The position numbers and the translations under genes are program-made. The notes under the pieces were generated by a model. It saw nothing but the letters and a program-made list of their open reading frames with translations, did not search any database and was not told where the DNA came from. Below, one piece after another: positions 10,303 to 20,615 of a DNA stretch of 64,000 nucleotides. The number at the start of each line of letters is the position of its first letter. Position 1 is the stretch's first letter. Source of the stretch: an uncultured delta proteobacterium (lineage in GTDB: Bacteria; Myxococcota_A; Polyangia; Polyangiales; Polyangiaceae); NCBI GenBank assembly GCA_963696385.1, contig CAVOKF010000008.1, positions 32,001 to 96,000 on the forward strand, given 5' to 3'.

Positions 10303-13300
10303 CTAAGCCCGGGCCAAGGCAATCGTGAGCGGTTCGCCGTCCAGATCGACGGCGCGCTGCTCATAACCGGCAGGGATCCGACCTGTTTCAATTTCGATTG
10401 CGAGGATCTCGCGCGCGAGCGCCCCCTCGTAGAGCTTGACGACGGCGGCGACCCGATCGCTTCCCAAGACCGCGAGCCGTACGCGATCCGTGTATTCGAG
10501 CCCCATTTCCTTACGCATCGATTGAATTCGATTCTGAAGCTCGCGCAGCAAGCCGAGGTCGCGCAGCTCGTCATCGAGCTGCGTATCGAGCAGGACGACG
10601 CCGACGCGATCGCCCGCAGCCGCGAAACCTTCCTTTGCGAGAAAATCCACCTCGACATCGTCACGGCCGAGCTCCACGCCATCGAGCGTGACGGAATGGC
10701 CCGCGAGAAGCCGCGACGCGAGCGAGCCGGCCGCGGTCGAGGAGAATGCGGCCATGACCCTCTTCAATGCCTGCGCCTCTTTACCGAGACCTCGTTGGCC
10801 AAGCGACCGGAAGTTGGGCTTCACGCGGAACTCGACGTACCGACTTGCCTGCTCGACGCTGCAAATCTCGACGCCATGCAGGACATTGAGCTCCTCCATC
10901 AGCAAACCGACGGCGGAGGGATCCATGAGTTCGGGCTTGGACGTGATGACGACCGCCGATCGCAAGGGCTGGCGCACCCGGATCTTGGCGTGCGTGCGGA
11001 CCTGCAAACCCAGCGAGACCAGCGCCCGCACCGCGGCAACCTTGATCGATAGGGCTTCGTCGACGGCGGCAAGGTCGGCTTCGGGCCAGTCCGCCAAGTG
11101 GACGCTCTCGGGGGCGATCCGTCCTCTGGCGGCGGCGGGTCCGACCACGAGGTTCTGCCACATTGCCTCTGCGGCATAAGGCGTGAATGGCGCCGTCAAT
11201 TTCGCGATCGCCACGAGACACCCATGAAGCGTCTGGTAAGCGCTCTGCTTGTCGTCGTCCCAACCAGAACGCCAGAACCGCACGCGACTTCGCCGCACCC
11301 ACCAGTTCGACAAGGCATCCACCAGCGTGCCGAGCCTCTGCGTCGCACCAAACACATCGTAGGCATCGAGCGCCGACGTCACCTCGCGCACGGTGACCGC
11401 CAGCTCGCTCGCGATCCACCGATCGAGCTCCGGTTTGACGACCACGGCGAGTGGGTCGGTGCGGTGCGGATCGAAGCCGTCGATGTTCGCGTAGATCGTG
11501 AAAAACGAATAGACGTTGCGAAGCTTAATCGCGAATTCCTTCTGCAGAGCGCGCACGTTCGAAAGCGAATGGCGCGTGGCCGACCATGAAGGGCTGGACG
11601 CATAAAAGAACCAGCGAAAGGCGTCGGCCCCGGGCGCCGGCGACTCGGGATCCTCGATCGTGACTCGTTGCTCGATGGGCAGCCTGGAGACGGCCGACGG
11701 CGCCACGTCGACCCCCTCCGTGGGCAGGACGCCGAGGCTGGCGCGGTCGTCGGGGTGCAGGACGACCGCGCGGCGGCCGGCGATCTTGGTCGCACGGACG
11801 ACCAAGTCGACGGCATTGCGGATCGCGCCGTCTCGGTAAACCCTTACCCGAGCGCCCTCTCGCAGGTCGAGGCCTTCGAGATCGTCGCGATTCATCAACG
11901 CGGCACCGTGAACGGCCGCGGGGGCATCTTTGACCGCGAAGTCCATCGCGACGCGATCCAAGATGATCTCCGGCGGGGTGTAGTTGCCTCTGCTCTTGCT
12001 CTCCTTCTTTCCCTCTTTGTCCATCACGTGTCCGAGCACCAGACACGTCTTGTACGGATGCGGCGGTGCGCGCCGGTCGAACACGAGCGTGGAGACCATC
12101 AGCAACGAGTAGAACCAGCCCCGCGTTTGATCGATCGCTTCGCTGATGAAATCGGCGGGAAACGCTGCTTCGAATTGCTGCTCCGATCCGGGCGCGTGGG
12201 GATATCCCCACTGCGCGAAGGGCATGCACCCGGAGTCGAACCAGACATCGACGACTTCGGAAACGCGCCGCATCGTTCCCTCGCATCGGTCGCACGGCAC
12301 GGTGACCTGATCCATCCACGGCTTGTGGACCATCAGATGCTCGCTGAGAGACGGATCCGCCCGCCGCGCGGCGTGGAAGTGGTCGAACGCACGGGCGTTG
12401 CGCCGCTCGATGTCGGCCACGCTCACCAGCGCCTCTTTGTGATCGGAGTCCCGATCGCAAACCCAAACATTAAGCGGAGTCCCCCAAAAGCGCTCCCGGG
12501 AGAGCGCCCAGTCGACGTTGTGAGCGAGGAAGTCACCGAAGCGCCCCTCCTGGATGTGGTCGGGCGTCCACTGCACCGCGCGGTTGTTCGCGATCGCGCG
12601 ATCGATCACGGCGGTCGTGCGGATGTACCACGCGGGTCGCGCGTACTGAATGAGTGGGTCGTTGTCGGCGCGCCAGCAAAAGGGGTATTCGTGACGGTAG
12701 GGCTCCGCGTGCACGAGTAAACCGCGATCCTTCAAGTCGCGCTGGATATCCTTGTCGCAATCTTTGACCCAGCGACCCGCGTAACGCTCGAAGCGTTCGA
12801 AGAACGTGCCGTCGGGCTTGACGGGGCAAAAGAGCGGCAGTCCGGGTCGATCGCGGGCCAGCCGGCGATGGACGTCGTGATCGTCCTCGCCGAACGCGGG
12901 CGCAACATGCACGATGCCCGTTCCCGCCTCGATCGTGACGAAGTCCGCCGCCATCACGTGCCACACGACGTCCTCGAAGCCGCGCACCTGGTCTTCGAAG
13001 AGGTCGAACGGCGGTCGGTACGCCAAGCCGACGAGATCGCGGCCCATCCTGCTCTCTTCGACGGCCACCGGGCCCCCCAATGCCTTGGCGAGCGGTTCGA
13101 TCAGTCCCCTGGCGAACACGAAGCGACGCCCGCCGGCGACCCGCGCGATCACGTACTCGATCTCCGGGTGAACCGCGGCGTACATGTTCGAGGGAAGCGT
13201 CCACGGCGTGGTCGTCCAGATCAGCAGGGCCAGATCGTCCTCGCCGACGATCGGGAAGGCCACATGCACGCTCGGATCTTCGACGGTGCGGTACCCCTGC

Positions 13301-13896
13301 CCGACCTCACCCGCGCTCAGCGCCGTGCCCCCCTGCGCCCACCACCACACGACCTTGTGTCCCTGATAGAGCAGGCCCTTCCTGAACAGCTCGCCCAGGG
13401 CCCACCAAACACTCTCGACGTAGGATCGGTGAAACGTGACGTACGCGTCGCTGAGGTCCACCCAGAAGGCGACGCGAGCGGTCAGATCTTCCCAGGATGC
13501 CGTATATCGAAAGACGGAGTCGAGGCACTTTTTTACGAACGGCTCGACCCCGTAGTGCTCGATGGCGGCCTTGCCATGCAGGCTGAGCTCCTTTTCGACT
13601 TCGACTTCGACGGGCAGGCCATGGGTGTCCCATCCCGCCTTTCGCGGGACGCTCCAGCCGCGCATCGTCTTATAGCGGGGAAACAGGTCCTTGATGACGC
13701 GCGTGAGTACGTGTCCGTTGTGGGGCATGCCGTTGGCCGTCGGCGGCCCCTCGTAGAACACGAATCGTCCCTTTGGCGCCGGGCGCGCGAGCGTCTTTTC
13801 GAAGATGCGACGGTCCTTCCAGAACTGAAGCGTCCGGCGTTCCTCTTTCGGAAAATCGAGCTCGGTTGGGACCCTCGCGAAGAGCGGACCAGGCAT
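10303..13896 (-). CDS. ileS: Isoleucine--tRNA ligase, type 2-like, with KESKS variant and internal insertion
   Basis: FYEGPPTANGMPHNGH, GWDTHGLPVE, WTTTPWTLPSN, DWALSRERFWGTP, DQTRGWF, KKESKSRGN. Confidence 0.96.
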   Translation of the reverse strand: MPGPLFARVPTELDFPKEERRTLQFWKDRRIFEKTLARPAPKGRFVFYEGPPTANGMPHNGHVLTRVIKDLFPRYKTMRGWSVPRKAGWDTHGLPVEVEVEKELSLHGKAAIEHYGVEPFVKKCLDSVFRYTASWEDLTARVAFWVDLSDAYVTFHRSYVESVWWALGELFRKGLLYQGHKVVWWWAQGGTALSAGEVGQGYRTVEDPSVHVAFPIVGEDDLALLIWTTTPWTLPSNMYAAVHPEIEYVIARVAGGRRFVFARGLIEPLAKALGGPVAVEESRMGRDLVGLAYRPPFDLFEDQVRGFEDVVWHVMAADFVTIEAGTGIVHVAPAFGEDDHDVHRRLARDRPGLPLFCPVKPDGTFFERFERYAGRWVKDCDKDIQRDLKDRGLLVHAEPYRHEYPFCWRADNDPLIQYARPAWYIRTTAVIDRAIANNRAVQWTPDHIQEGRFGDFLAHNVDWALSRERFWGTPLNVWVCDRDSDHKEALVSVADIERRNARAFDHFHAARRADPSLSEHLMVHKPWMDQVTVPCDRCEGTMRRVSEVVDVWFDSGCMPFAQWGYPHAPGSEQQFEAAFPADFISEAIDQTRGWFYSLLMVSTLVFDRRAPPHPYKTCLVLGHVMDKEGKKESKSRGNYTPPEIILDRVAMDFAVKDAPAAVHGAALMNRDDLEGLDLREGARVRVYRDGAIRNAVDLVVRATKIAGRRAVVLHPDDRASLGVLPTEGVDVAPSAVSRLPIEQRVTIEDPESPAPGADAFRWFFYASSPSWSATRHSLSNVRALQKEFAIKLRNVYSFFTIYANIDGFDPHRTDPLAVVVKPELDRWIASELAVTVREVTSALDAYDVFGATQRLGTLVDALSNWWVRRSRVRFWRSGWDDDKQSAYQTLHGCLVAIAKLTAPFTPYAAEAMWQNLVVGPAAARGRIAPESVHLADWPEADLAAVDEALSIKVAAVRALVSLGLQVRTHAKIRVRQPLRSAVVITSKPELMDPSAVGLLMEELNVLHGVEICSVEQASRYVEFRVKPNFRSLGQRGLGKEAQALKRVMAAFSSTAAGSLASRLLAGHSVTLDGVELGRDDVEVDFLAKEGFAAAGDRVGVVLLDTQLDDELRDLGLLRELQNRIQSMRKEMGLEYTDRVRLAVLGSDRVAAVVKLYEGALAREILAIEIETGRIPAGYEQRAVDLDGEPLTIALARA

Positions 13897-14105
13897 CAGG
13901 CGGAGGCTCTAGCGCGCCCAACACGTTGGCGGACCGATGATTTCAAGGCCTCTGGCCTCTCGCAAGGCGCAGACGACGAGCCATGCATGCGGCACGGTGA
14001 GGAGGAGCAACGCCCTAGGAGGCGGGAAACCCGCAGAACGCCGACGGAAGCCAACATGTTTTCCGTGCTCTAGCACTCCGTCCGGGCGAACGGCACGCGA
14101 CCGTC

Positions 14106-14366
14106 CTACTCCGCCGCAGCGCTCGCGTCCTTGGCTTCCAGTTTCTTCACGACCAGGGCACACGCGTTTTCGAGATCGCTGAAATCCGCGAGCTCTTCGT
14201 CCTCGATCTTGATGCGGTACTGCCGCTCGACGGCCGCAACGATCTCGGCGCCCATCATGGAGTCGATACCGAGCTCCTTGAACGTGGCCCCATCGGCGAT
14301 CTCGTCCTTTTCGGCGATCTCGATGACCAGGGCGCGCAGCTCTTCCTTCAACCGTTCGTTCGACAT
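14106..14366 (-). CDS. Acyl carrier protein
   Basis: Acidic 86-aa protein with LGIDSMM phosphopantetheinylation motif; AGGAG RBS. Confidence 0.9.
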   Translation of the reverse strand: MSNERLKEELRALVIEIAEKDEIADGATFKELGIDSMMGAEIVAAVERQYRIKIEDEELADFSDLENACALVVKKLEAKDASAAAE

Positions 14367-14390
14367 GTCACTTCTCCTCGTGGCGCCGCC

Positions 14391-14660
14391 TCAGGTCAGC
14401 CGCTTCTCGACTTCGTCGAGAAGATCCCGAATGGTCTCGATGCCGTCCAATCCTTCGTCCGGTATCTGAATGCGCAGCCGGCGTTCAAGCGAGCCAATGA
14501 TCTCGAGCATTCCCAAAGAATCGATGGCCAGATCGCGGATGGCGCTCGCTTCAAGGACACCGTGGAAGTCCTTTTCGACCACCTCACTCGCCGTTTCGCG
14601 GAACATGGTGAGCAGGTCGAGGCGCGTGGGCCGCGCCGGATCAGCTTGCAAGGGATGCAT
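14391..14660 (-). CDS. Acyl carrier protein
   Basis: LAIDSLGMLEII motif, IPDE...TIRDL; start uncertain. Confidence 0.88.
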   Translation of the reverse strand: MHPLQADPARPTRLDLLTMFRETASEVVEKDFHGVLEASAIRDLAIDSLGMLEIIGSLERRLRIQIPDEGLDGIETIRDLLDEVEKRLT

Positions 14661-14810
14661 TGCGTCGCGCATTCAAACGCTTTCCTGCGGTTGTGTGTCC
14701 AGAAATCGGGCGCGTAGAGGGATACGCGGTTGCCGCTTCACGATCTTTGCTCCACGACCCGATGTCTCTCGCCGCTTCGATGACCGGCGCGGAAAAACGC
14801 ATTCCGAAAT

Positions 14811-16598
14811 TCATTGGGGCTCGACGCCTCCTCGATCGGGCTCGGTCCCTTGCACGACCCGTGCGCGCGGCAGCGTTCCCTCCAGATACATCTGACGCGC
14901 CTTTCTCCGTTGGGGCTTTCCGCTCGACGTTCGCGGCAGCGAGGCCAGCTGCGCCACGACGACCTCGTGCGGCGTCAGGCCGAACTGCGCGGCAACGGTT
15001 GCGCTGGCCGCGTCGCGAATCGCCTCGGCCTCGCTGCCGGTGCCCTCGCAACAGACGACCAAATGCTCCTCGCCCCCGCCGTCGGCCGCAGGGCGCCCGC
15101 GCGAATCCATGAACACTCCAAACGCGACGACGTTGCCCCGGCGCACAGTGTGAATCTGACCGACGGCCCACTCGATATCCGTGGGGTAATAGTTGCGGCC
15201 CCGGACGATGATCACGTCCTTGAGCCTGCCGCACACGAAAAGACGGTCCCCGGCCAGATAGCCGAGGTCGCCGGTGAATAGCCACGGGGCTTGCCCCGGG
15301 AGGTCGTCGGCAAGCGACTTGAACGTCTGCGCTGTCGACTCGGGGTCCTGGAAATAGCCCGCCGTGACGCTCGGGCCGCGCGTGACGATCTCGCCGACTC
15401 TGCGCTGAGCGAGCCGATGCCCCGAGGGATCGACAATCGCAACCTCGTGGCCAGCGAAGGCCGATCCGCAATCGACCATCTCGATCGCCCCGTCCGTCCT
15501 CGACGGCAGCGCGTCGTGGCTCGACAACGCGGTCGGATCGACCGGGTCGGTGTGCAGCCCCGCTCCGAGCGGAGCGAACGTGATGGCCAGTGTCGCTTCG
15601 GCCATGCCGTACGACGGCAAAAATGCGCGAGGATCGAAGCCCGCGGGCGCCAGCTTGGCGGCGAAGTCGCGCAGTGCCTTGGGCTGAATGGGCTCGGCCC
15701 CGCAGCCGGCCACCCGTAAGGCCGACAGGTCCAGTCCCTCGACATCCTTGTCCTTGATGCGCTTGGCCACGAGCGCGTAGGCAAAGTTCGGCGCATACGT
15801 GATCGTCCCGCGATGCGCGTGGAGTTTCTCGAGCCACAAACGGGGCGTCCGGATGAAGCTTGCGGTCGGCAAGAACACGCACGCCACATTCGTGAAGAGA
15901 GGCCCCACCACGAAGCCGATGAGCCCCATGTCGTGGAACAAGGGCAGCCAGCTCACGCCCTTGTCGGTTCGCGAGTCGCGCGCCAGGCCCTCGATCATGA
16001 ACGCCTTGGAATTGGCGGCGAGATTGCCGTGGGTCACAGCGACCCCCTTAGGGCGAGACGTGCTGCCGCTCGTGAATTGCAGGAAGGCGACGTCGTGCGG
16101 AGCGACGTCCACTTCGACGACGGACGCCGCGTCATCGGCCCATTGTTCGACCGTCACGATCGAGCGCAGCGTGTCGACCTGCTCCAGTGCGGGCTGCACG
16201 AACGCTTGGGTGGCTGCCGTCGTCAGCAGCATCGTGGCGCCCGACGCTCGAACGATGTGGGCGACCGTAGCGTGATAATTTTCGACGTTCTTGAACGAGA
16301 GCTGAGGGACCAACGGGACCGGCACGACTCCGGCGAACAGCGCCCCGAGAAACGAGAGCACGAACTCGTCGTTGTCCGGAATGACCAGCGCGATACGATC
16401 TCCTTTTTTGAGACCTCGCGCCGCGAGGCTCGCGCCCCGCCGCGTCGCTTCGATGCCGATGTCGTGAAACGATACGAGCCGCTCGGTGCCGTCCGCCCGG
16501 ACGAACACGAACCCGCGCGTTCGCTCGTCCGCCAGCGCGCGCACGGCATCGACGAGCGTGCGAGGCGTCCGGGCGGCGCCGTGACGGAAATCTTGCAT
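14811..16598 (-). CDS. Fatty acyl-AMP ligase (FAAL)
   Basis: FLQFTSGSTSRPKGV, SWLPLFHDMGLIG, SYGMAEAT followed by FAAL-type insertion, TGDLGY, GRLKDVIIVRGRN, LPRTSSGK. Confidence 0.92.
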   Translation of the reverse strand: MQDFRHGAARTPRTLVDAVRALADERTRGFVFVRADGTERLVSFHDIGIEATRRGASLAARGLKKGDRIALVIPDNDEFVLSFLGALFAGVVPVPLVPQLSFKNVENYHATVAHIVRASGATMLLTTAATQAFVQPALEQVDTLRSIVTVEQWADDAASVVEVDVAPHDVAFLQFTSGSTSRPKGVAVTHGNLAANSKAFMIEGLARDSRTDKGVSWLPLFHDMGLIGFVVGPLFTNVACVFLPTASFIRTPRLWLEKLHAHRGTITYAPNFAYALVAKRIKDKDVEGLDLSALRVAGCGAEPIQPKALRDFAAKLAPAGFDPRAFLPSYGMAEATLAITFAPLGAGLHTDPVDPTALSSHDALPSRTDGAIEMVDCGSAFAGHEVAIVDPSGHRLAQRRVGEIVTRGPSVTAGYFQDPESTAQTFKSLADDLPGQAPWLFTGDLGYLAGDRLFVCGRLKDVIIVRGRNYYPTDIEWAVGQIHTVRRGNVVAFGVFMDSRGRPAADGGGEEHLVVCCEGTGSEAEAIRDAASATVAAQFGLTPHEVVVAQLASLPRTSSGKPQRRKARQMYLEGTLPRARVVQGTEPDRGGVEPQ

Positions 16599-16758
16599 GC
16601 GGCCGCGGCGGCTGTAACGCGCAGCAACGAAAGACGCAAGGAGGAGGTTACGCGCGATCCGTGCCGTCCGGCTTCCCGGCTTCTTGGGGGGTGCGTTCAT
16701 TTCTTCGCGTCCGCGGCGTTGCTCGGTTGTGCAGGGCGGCGCTACATAAGGGTGCTCT

Positions 16759-18057
16759 GTGCTCCAGCGCGTCTATGTCACGGGGGTCGGGGTCGTCAGC
16801 TCCATCGGGTTGGGCAAGGCCGCGTTTTTTCGTTCGCTCGAAGCCGGCGCCAGCGGCATTTCGCGAGTGACCGCGTTCGATGCATCACCGCTCGGCCGCC
16901 ATTATGCGGGCGAAGTCAAGGCTTTCGACGCTCGCGACTACCTCACCGATGCCGAGTGTCGGCGCATGGGCCGCTGCTCCGCCATGGCGCTTGCGGCGGC
17001 CCGTATGGCGCTCGCCGACGCGGAAATGCCCGCTCTCGCGGTTGCCGGACCGCGCACGGCGGTCGTTCTCGGCACGACGATGGGCGAGGCGCGCATCCTG
17101 GAGGAGCTCGACCACGAATGGATTCTCGGCGGAGAGCGAGCGGTTTCGCGCGCACTGATTCCACGATACGGATCGACGCTGCTGCCCATTCACGTGGCTC
17201 GGGCGATCGGTGCACGAGGCATGGTGCTCGCCCTGCCTGCAGCATGCGCGGCGGGAAACTACGCGCTCAGTTTCGGTGCGGATTTGATCCGCGCGGGTCG
17301 CGCGGACATCGTCGTGGCGGGTGCAGCGGAATTGCTGCAGGCGCTTCAGTTCAGCGGCTTTGTCCGGTTGGCGGCGATGGCGCCGGAGAAGTGCCAGCCC
17401 TTCGATTTGAATCGCCAAGGTCTGCTGCTCGGCGAAGGCGCGGGCCTTCTGGTTCTCGAGAGCGAGGCCCATGCTCGACGTCGAGGCGCGCGCCTGCAGG
17501 CCGAGGTCGGCAGCTACGGGTTCTCGTGCGATGCGTACCACATCACACGGCCTCATCCGGACGCGACCGGAAGCATTGCGGCGATGCAGAGCGCCATCGA
17601 ACGCTCCGGGATCGCTCCGGCCGACGTCGATTTCGTCAACGCCCACGGAACGGGCACCAAGCACAATGACGCCGCCGAATCGAAGGTCGTGCGCGAAGTC
17701 TTCGGGGACCGGCGCCTGCCCGTGTCCAGCATGAAAAGCATGCTCGGCCACTGCATGGGTGCGGCAAGCGCGCTCGAAGCGATCGGTTGCGTGTTCACGA
17801 TCGAGACGGGCATCTACCCGCCCACGATCGGGTACGACACGCCGGATCCGGAATGCGACATGCAAGTGGTCGCGAACGTGGCGCGACGTGGAAGAAGCGA
17901 CATCGTGGTCAACAACTCGCTCGCGTTCGGCGGCTACAACGCCGTGACGGTCTTCGCGAAGCCCGGGGTTCTGCCGCCGCCCCGCCGCTTTCCGCCGTCC
18001 GACGGGCGGCCGGCCCTCGTTCGGGCGGTGCGCCACCAAGGCCCCCCGTACCCATGA
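16759..18057 (+). CDS. Beta-ketoacyl-ACP synthase (FabF/type II KS-alpha-like, active)
   Basis: Triad AACAAG, NAHGTGT, KSMLGH; NSLAFGG. Confidence 0.93.
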   Translation: MLQRVYVTGVGVVSSIGLGKAAFFRSLEAGASGISRVTAFDASPLGRHYAGEVKAFDARDYLTDAECRRMGRCSAMALAAARMALADAEMPALAVAGPRTAVVLGTTMGEARILEELDHEWILGGERAVSRALIPRYGSTLLPIHVARAIGARGMVLALPAACAAGNYALSFGADLIRAGRADIVVAGAAELLQALQFSGFVRLAAMAPEKCQPFDLNRQGLLLGEGAGLLVLESEAHARRRGARLQAEVGSYGFSCDAYHITRPHPDATGSIAAMQSAIERSGIAPADVDFVNAHGTGTKHNDAAESKVVREVFGDRRLPVSSMKSMLGHCMGAASALEAIGCVFTIETGIYPPTIGYDTPDPECDMQVVANVARRGRSDIVVNNSLAFGGYNAVTVFAKPGVLPPPRRFPPSDGRPALVRAVRHQGPPYP

Positions 18058-19265
18058 TGGATCGCGCGATCACCGGTTGCGGCGTGGTCTCGGCGCTGGG
18101 CACCGGTCGGAACGCGTTCTTCGCGGCCCTGGCGTCAGGGGCGCGCGCAACGTCCGACACCGGGCGCGTCGAGACGTTCGACGCCTCCAAGTACGCTGGA
18201 GCGCTCGTCGCGGAGGTACGTGGATTCGACGCGGCGAAGCACCTCGGCGACAAGGGCCTCCGAACCCTCGACCGTCTTTCGAAGCTGCTGATTGTGGCGA
18301 CCCGCCTCGCGCTCGACGACGCCGGGCTCAAGACCGGGGGACGGTGGATCGCGCACGGCGAAGGCGATCCGCCTTGGCCCGACCGGGTCGGTCTCGTCGT
18401 GTCCAACGCGTATGGCTCGCTCGAAGCGATTACGGAGCTTGACCGCGTCGCCTTGCTGGAGGACGCCCGCTACATCAACCCCTCGCGTTTCCCGCTTACC
18501 GTCTCGAACAGTGCCGCAGGCTACGCAAGCATTTGGGAGGAGCTGCGGGCTTTGAACGTGACGGTGAGCGACGGAAACTGCGGCGCCCTCGATGCGGTCG
18601 CGTGCGGCGATCTGTTGCTCGAAAACGCGCGAGCCGACGTCCTTCTCGTCGGCGGCGCCGAGGCCTTGACCGAAGCGCTGTTCGTGGGATTCCGCAGGTT
18701 GGGCATGGACCTGCACGCCGGCGTTCACGACGGCTCGTCCGCCGGCGCGTGCCTCGGCGAGGGCGCCGCACTCGTCGCGATCGAAACGGCCGAGGGGGCA
18801 CGCCGGCGCGGCGTCGAGTCATTGGCCGAAATTCGGGGATACGGCACGTCGTTCGCTCCACCGGAGCGCGCAGGGTCGTTGGTCCATGCGACGTCCGACG
18901 CCCTCGAGCGCGCCATCGTCGACGCGATCGCAGACGCGGGCATCGACCGCGACCAGGTCGACCTGGTCGTCTCTGGAGTTTCCGGGTTGCGCGCATTCGA
19001 CGAGGCAGAGCTCACGGCGATTCGCCGCGTCATGGGGGCTGATGCGCTGATCGTCGCGCCGAAGCTTGCCTTCGGCGAGACGCTCGGAGCCAGCGGTGCG
19101 ATGGCCATCGCCGCGACGCTCGGATACTTGCGCGACGTACCGATTCATTGTCTGGCACCCGAGGTGCGTCCGAACGTGCGCGGCCGGCTGCGCACGGCTG
19201 TCGTCACATCGATGGGGTTTTACGGCAATGCGTCGGCGCTCGTCATGCACCGCGCTTCGCGCTAG
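18054..19265 (+). CDS. Inactive ketosynthase-fold protein (chain-length-factor-like)
   Basis: KS fold (LGEGAA, GYGTSF, FGETLGASG); by manual alignment Cys->Asn and HGTGT->GVSGL; ATGA overlap with upstream KS. Confidence 0.85.
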   Translation: MMDRAITGCGVVSALGTGRNAFFAALASGARATSDTGRVETFDASKYAGALVAEVRGFDAAKHLGDKGLRTLDRLSKLLIVATRLALDDAGLKTGGRWIAHGEGDPPWPDRVGLVVSNAYGSLEAITELDRVALLEDARYINPSRFPLTVSNSAAGYASIWEELRALNVTVSDGNCGALDAVACGDLLLENARADVLLVGGAEALTEALFVGFRRLGMDLHAGVHDGSSAGACLGEGAALVAIETAEGARRRGVESLAEIRGYGTSFAPPERAGSLVHATSDALERAIVDAIADAGIDRDQVDLVVSGVSGLRAFDEAELTAIRRVMGADALIVAPKLAFGETLGASGAMAIAATLGYLRDVPIHCLAPEVRPNVRGRLRTAVVTSMGFYGNASALVMHRASR

Positions 19266-19345
19266 AACCGACCGCACTATGCCCGCGCCGGCCATCCGGG
19301 CGAGCGACACCTGACCCGGATCCACCAACGCGAGAGGGACATGCC

Positions 19346-20611
19346 ATGGTAGCCGTCGCCAAACGGGAGCGTTCGGTGAGTTGGATCGAAGCGAAGGCGC
19401 GGGCGGATACGACTCTTGCGCGGGTCCGCGAGGGCCGCGAACTGCAGCTCTACCCCTTTTTCCGTCCGTTCGATTCGGGCGGGTTGCACGCGCAGCTCGA
19501 CGGCAAGGCGATCGTCAACTTCAGCTCGAACGATTATCTGGGCCTGACCACCCACCCGCGGGTCAAAGAGGCCGCCAAGCGCGCGGTCGACGAATACGCC
19601 TGTGGGTTGTCGTCGTCGCGCCCGCAGGCGACCACCCGCGAGCACGTCCGGCTCGAGGAGCGCCTTGCCCGATGGATGGGGTTCGAGAGGTGCCTGACGT
19701 TCACGACCGGCTACCAGGCGATGCTTGGCACCATCGCCGCACTCGCGGACAAGGACACGACGCTGGTCCTCGACGCGTACAGCCACGCCTGCATCTTGGA
19801 TGGATCGTTTCTCGCCGCCGGCATTCCGAAGGGCGGGCCGGAAATCCGATTCTTCAACCACAATTCGGCCAAGAGCCTCGAGCGGGTCCTCAAGACCCGC
19901 GAGCGCAAGAACGCCCTGGTCGTGTGCGAGGGCGTTTACTCGCTCGACGGGGACACCGCCCGCTTGCAAGAGTTCGTCGATCTCTGCGACCGCTACGAGA
20001 GCCCCCTGCTCGTCGACGACGCCCACGGAACCGGAACGATGGGTGCGACCGGTCGAGGCACGATCGAGGCGTTGGGACTGCAAGGCAAGGTTCCCATCGT
20101 CGTGTCGACACTTTCGAAGACCTTCGGCGGCATCGGGGGCTTGCTGCTGGGATCCGCCGAAGTCGTCGATCTCGTACAGTATGCAGCGCGAAGTTTTCTG
20201 TTCAGCGCTTCCCTGCCCGTCCCCATCGTCGCGGCCGCGTCGGCCATTCTCGATATGCTCGAATCGGACGGCGAAGCGCTCGTCACGGAACTTCATGATA
20301 AGGCGCGTTATTTCCGCGAGGGCCTCACGAAAGTCGGATTCGATTTGGGTTCAAGCAATACGCACATCATGCCCGTCATGTGCCGCGAAGAGCGAAAGGC
20401 GCTCTTCATGCACATCGCGCTGCTCGAGTGCGGCGTCTTCATGGTGCCGCTCATCTATCCATCGGTGAAACTGGGAGAAGAGCGCCTGCGGGTCAACGTC
20501 ACCCGCGGGCATACGCGCGAGGACCTCGATCGCGCCTTGGAATTGCTCAAGGAATACGGAGAGGCGTTCTTCGTTCTGTCGGGCGAAGACATCGGCCCCA
20601 GGGAGCCGTGA
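19346..20611 (+). CDS. PLP-dependent alpha-oxoamine synthase (SPT/BioF/KBL family)
   Basis: NFSSNDYLGL, DAYSHAC, EGVYSLDGD, DDAHG, STLSKTFGGIGG, FLFSASLP. Confidence 0.9.
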   Translation: MVAVAKRERSVSWIEAKARADTTLARVREGRELQLYPFFRPFDSGGLHAQLDGKAIVNFSSNDYLGLTTHPRVKEAAKRAVDEYACGLSSSRPQATTREHVRLEERLARWMGFERCLTFTTGYQAMLGTIAALADKDTTLVLDAYSHACILDGSFLAAGIPKGGPEIRFFNHNSAKSLERVLKTRERKNALVVCEGVYSLDGDTARLQEFVDLCDRYESPLLVDDAHGTGTMGATGRGTIEALGLQGKVPIVVSTLSKTFGGIGGLLLGSAEVVDLVQYAARSFLFSASLPVPIVAAASAILDMLESDGEALVTELHDKARYFREGLTKVGFDLGSSNTHIMPVMCREERKALFMHIALLECGVFMVPLIYPSVKLGEERLRVNVTRGHTREDLDRALELLKEYGEAFFVLSGEDIGPREP

Positions 20612-20615
20612 TCGA

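Noticed and set aside
13897..14105. T-box leader upstream of ileS
   Set aside because: No T-box consensus or terminator/antiterminator recognised
19346..20611. Naming the gene bioF or spt
   Set aside because: Family is clear but specificity cannot be assigned by eye; no biotin genes are adjacent
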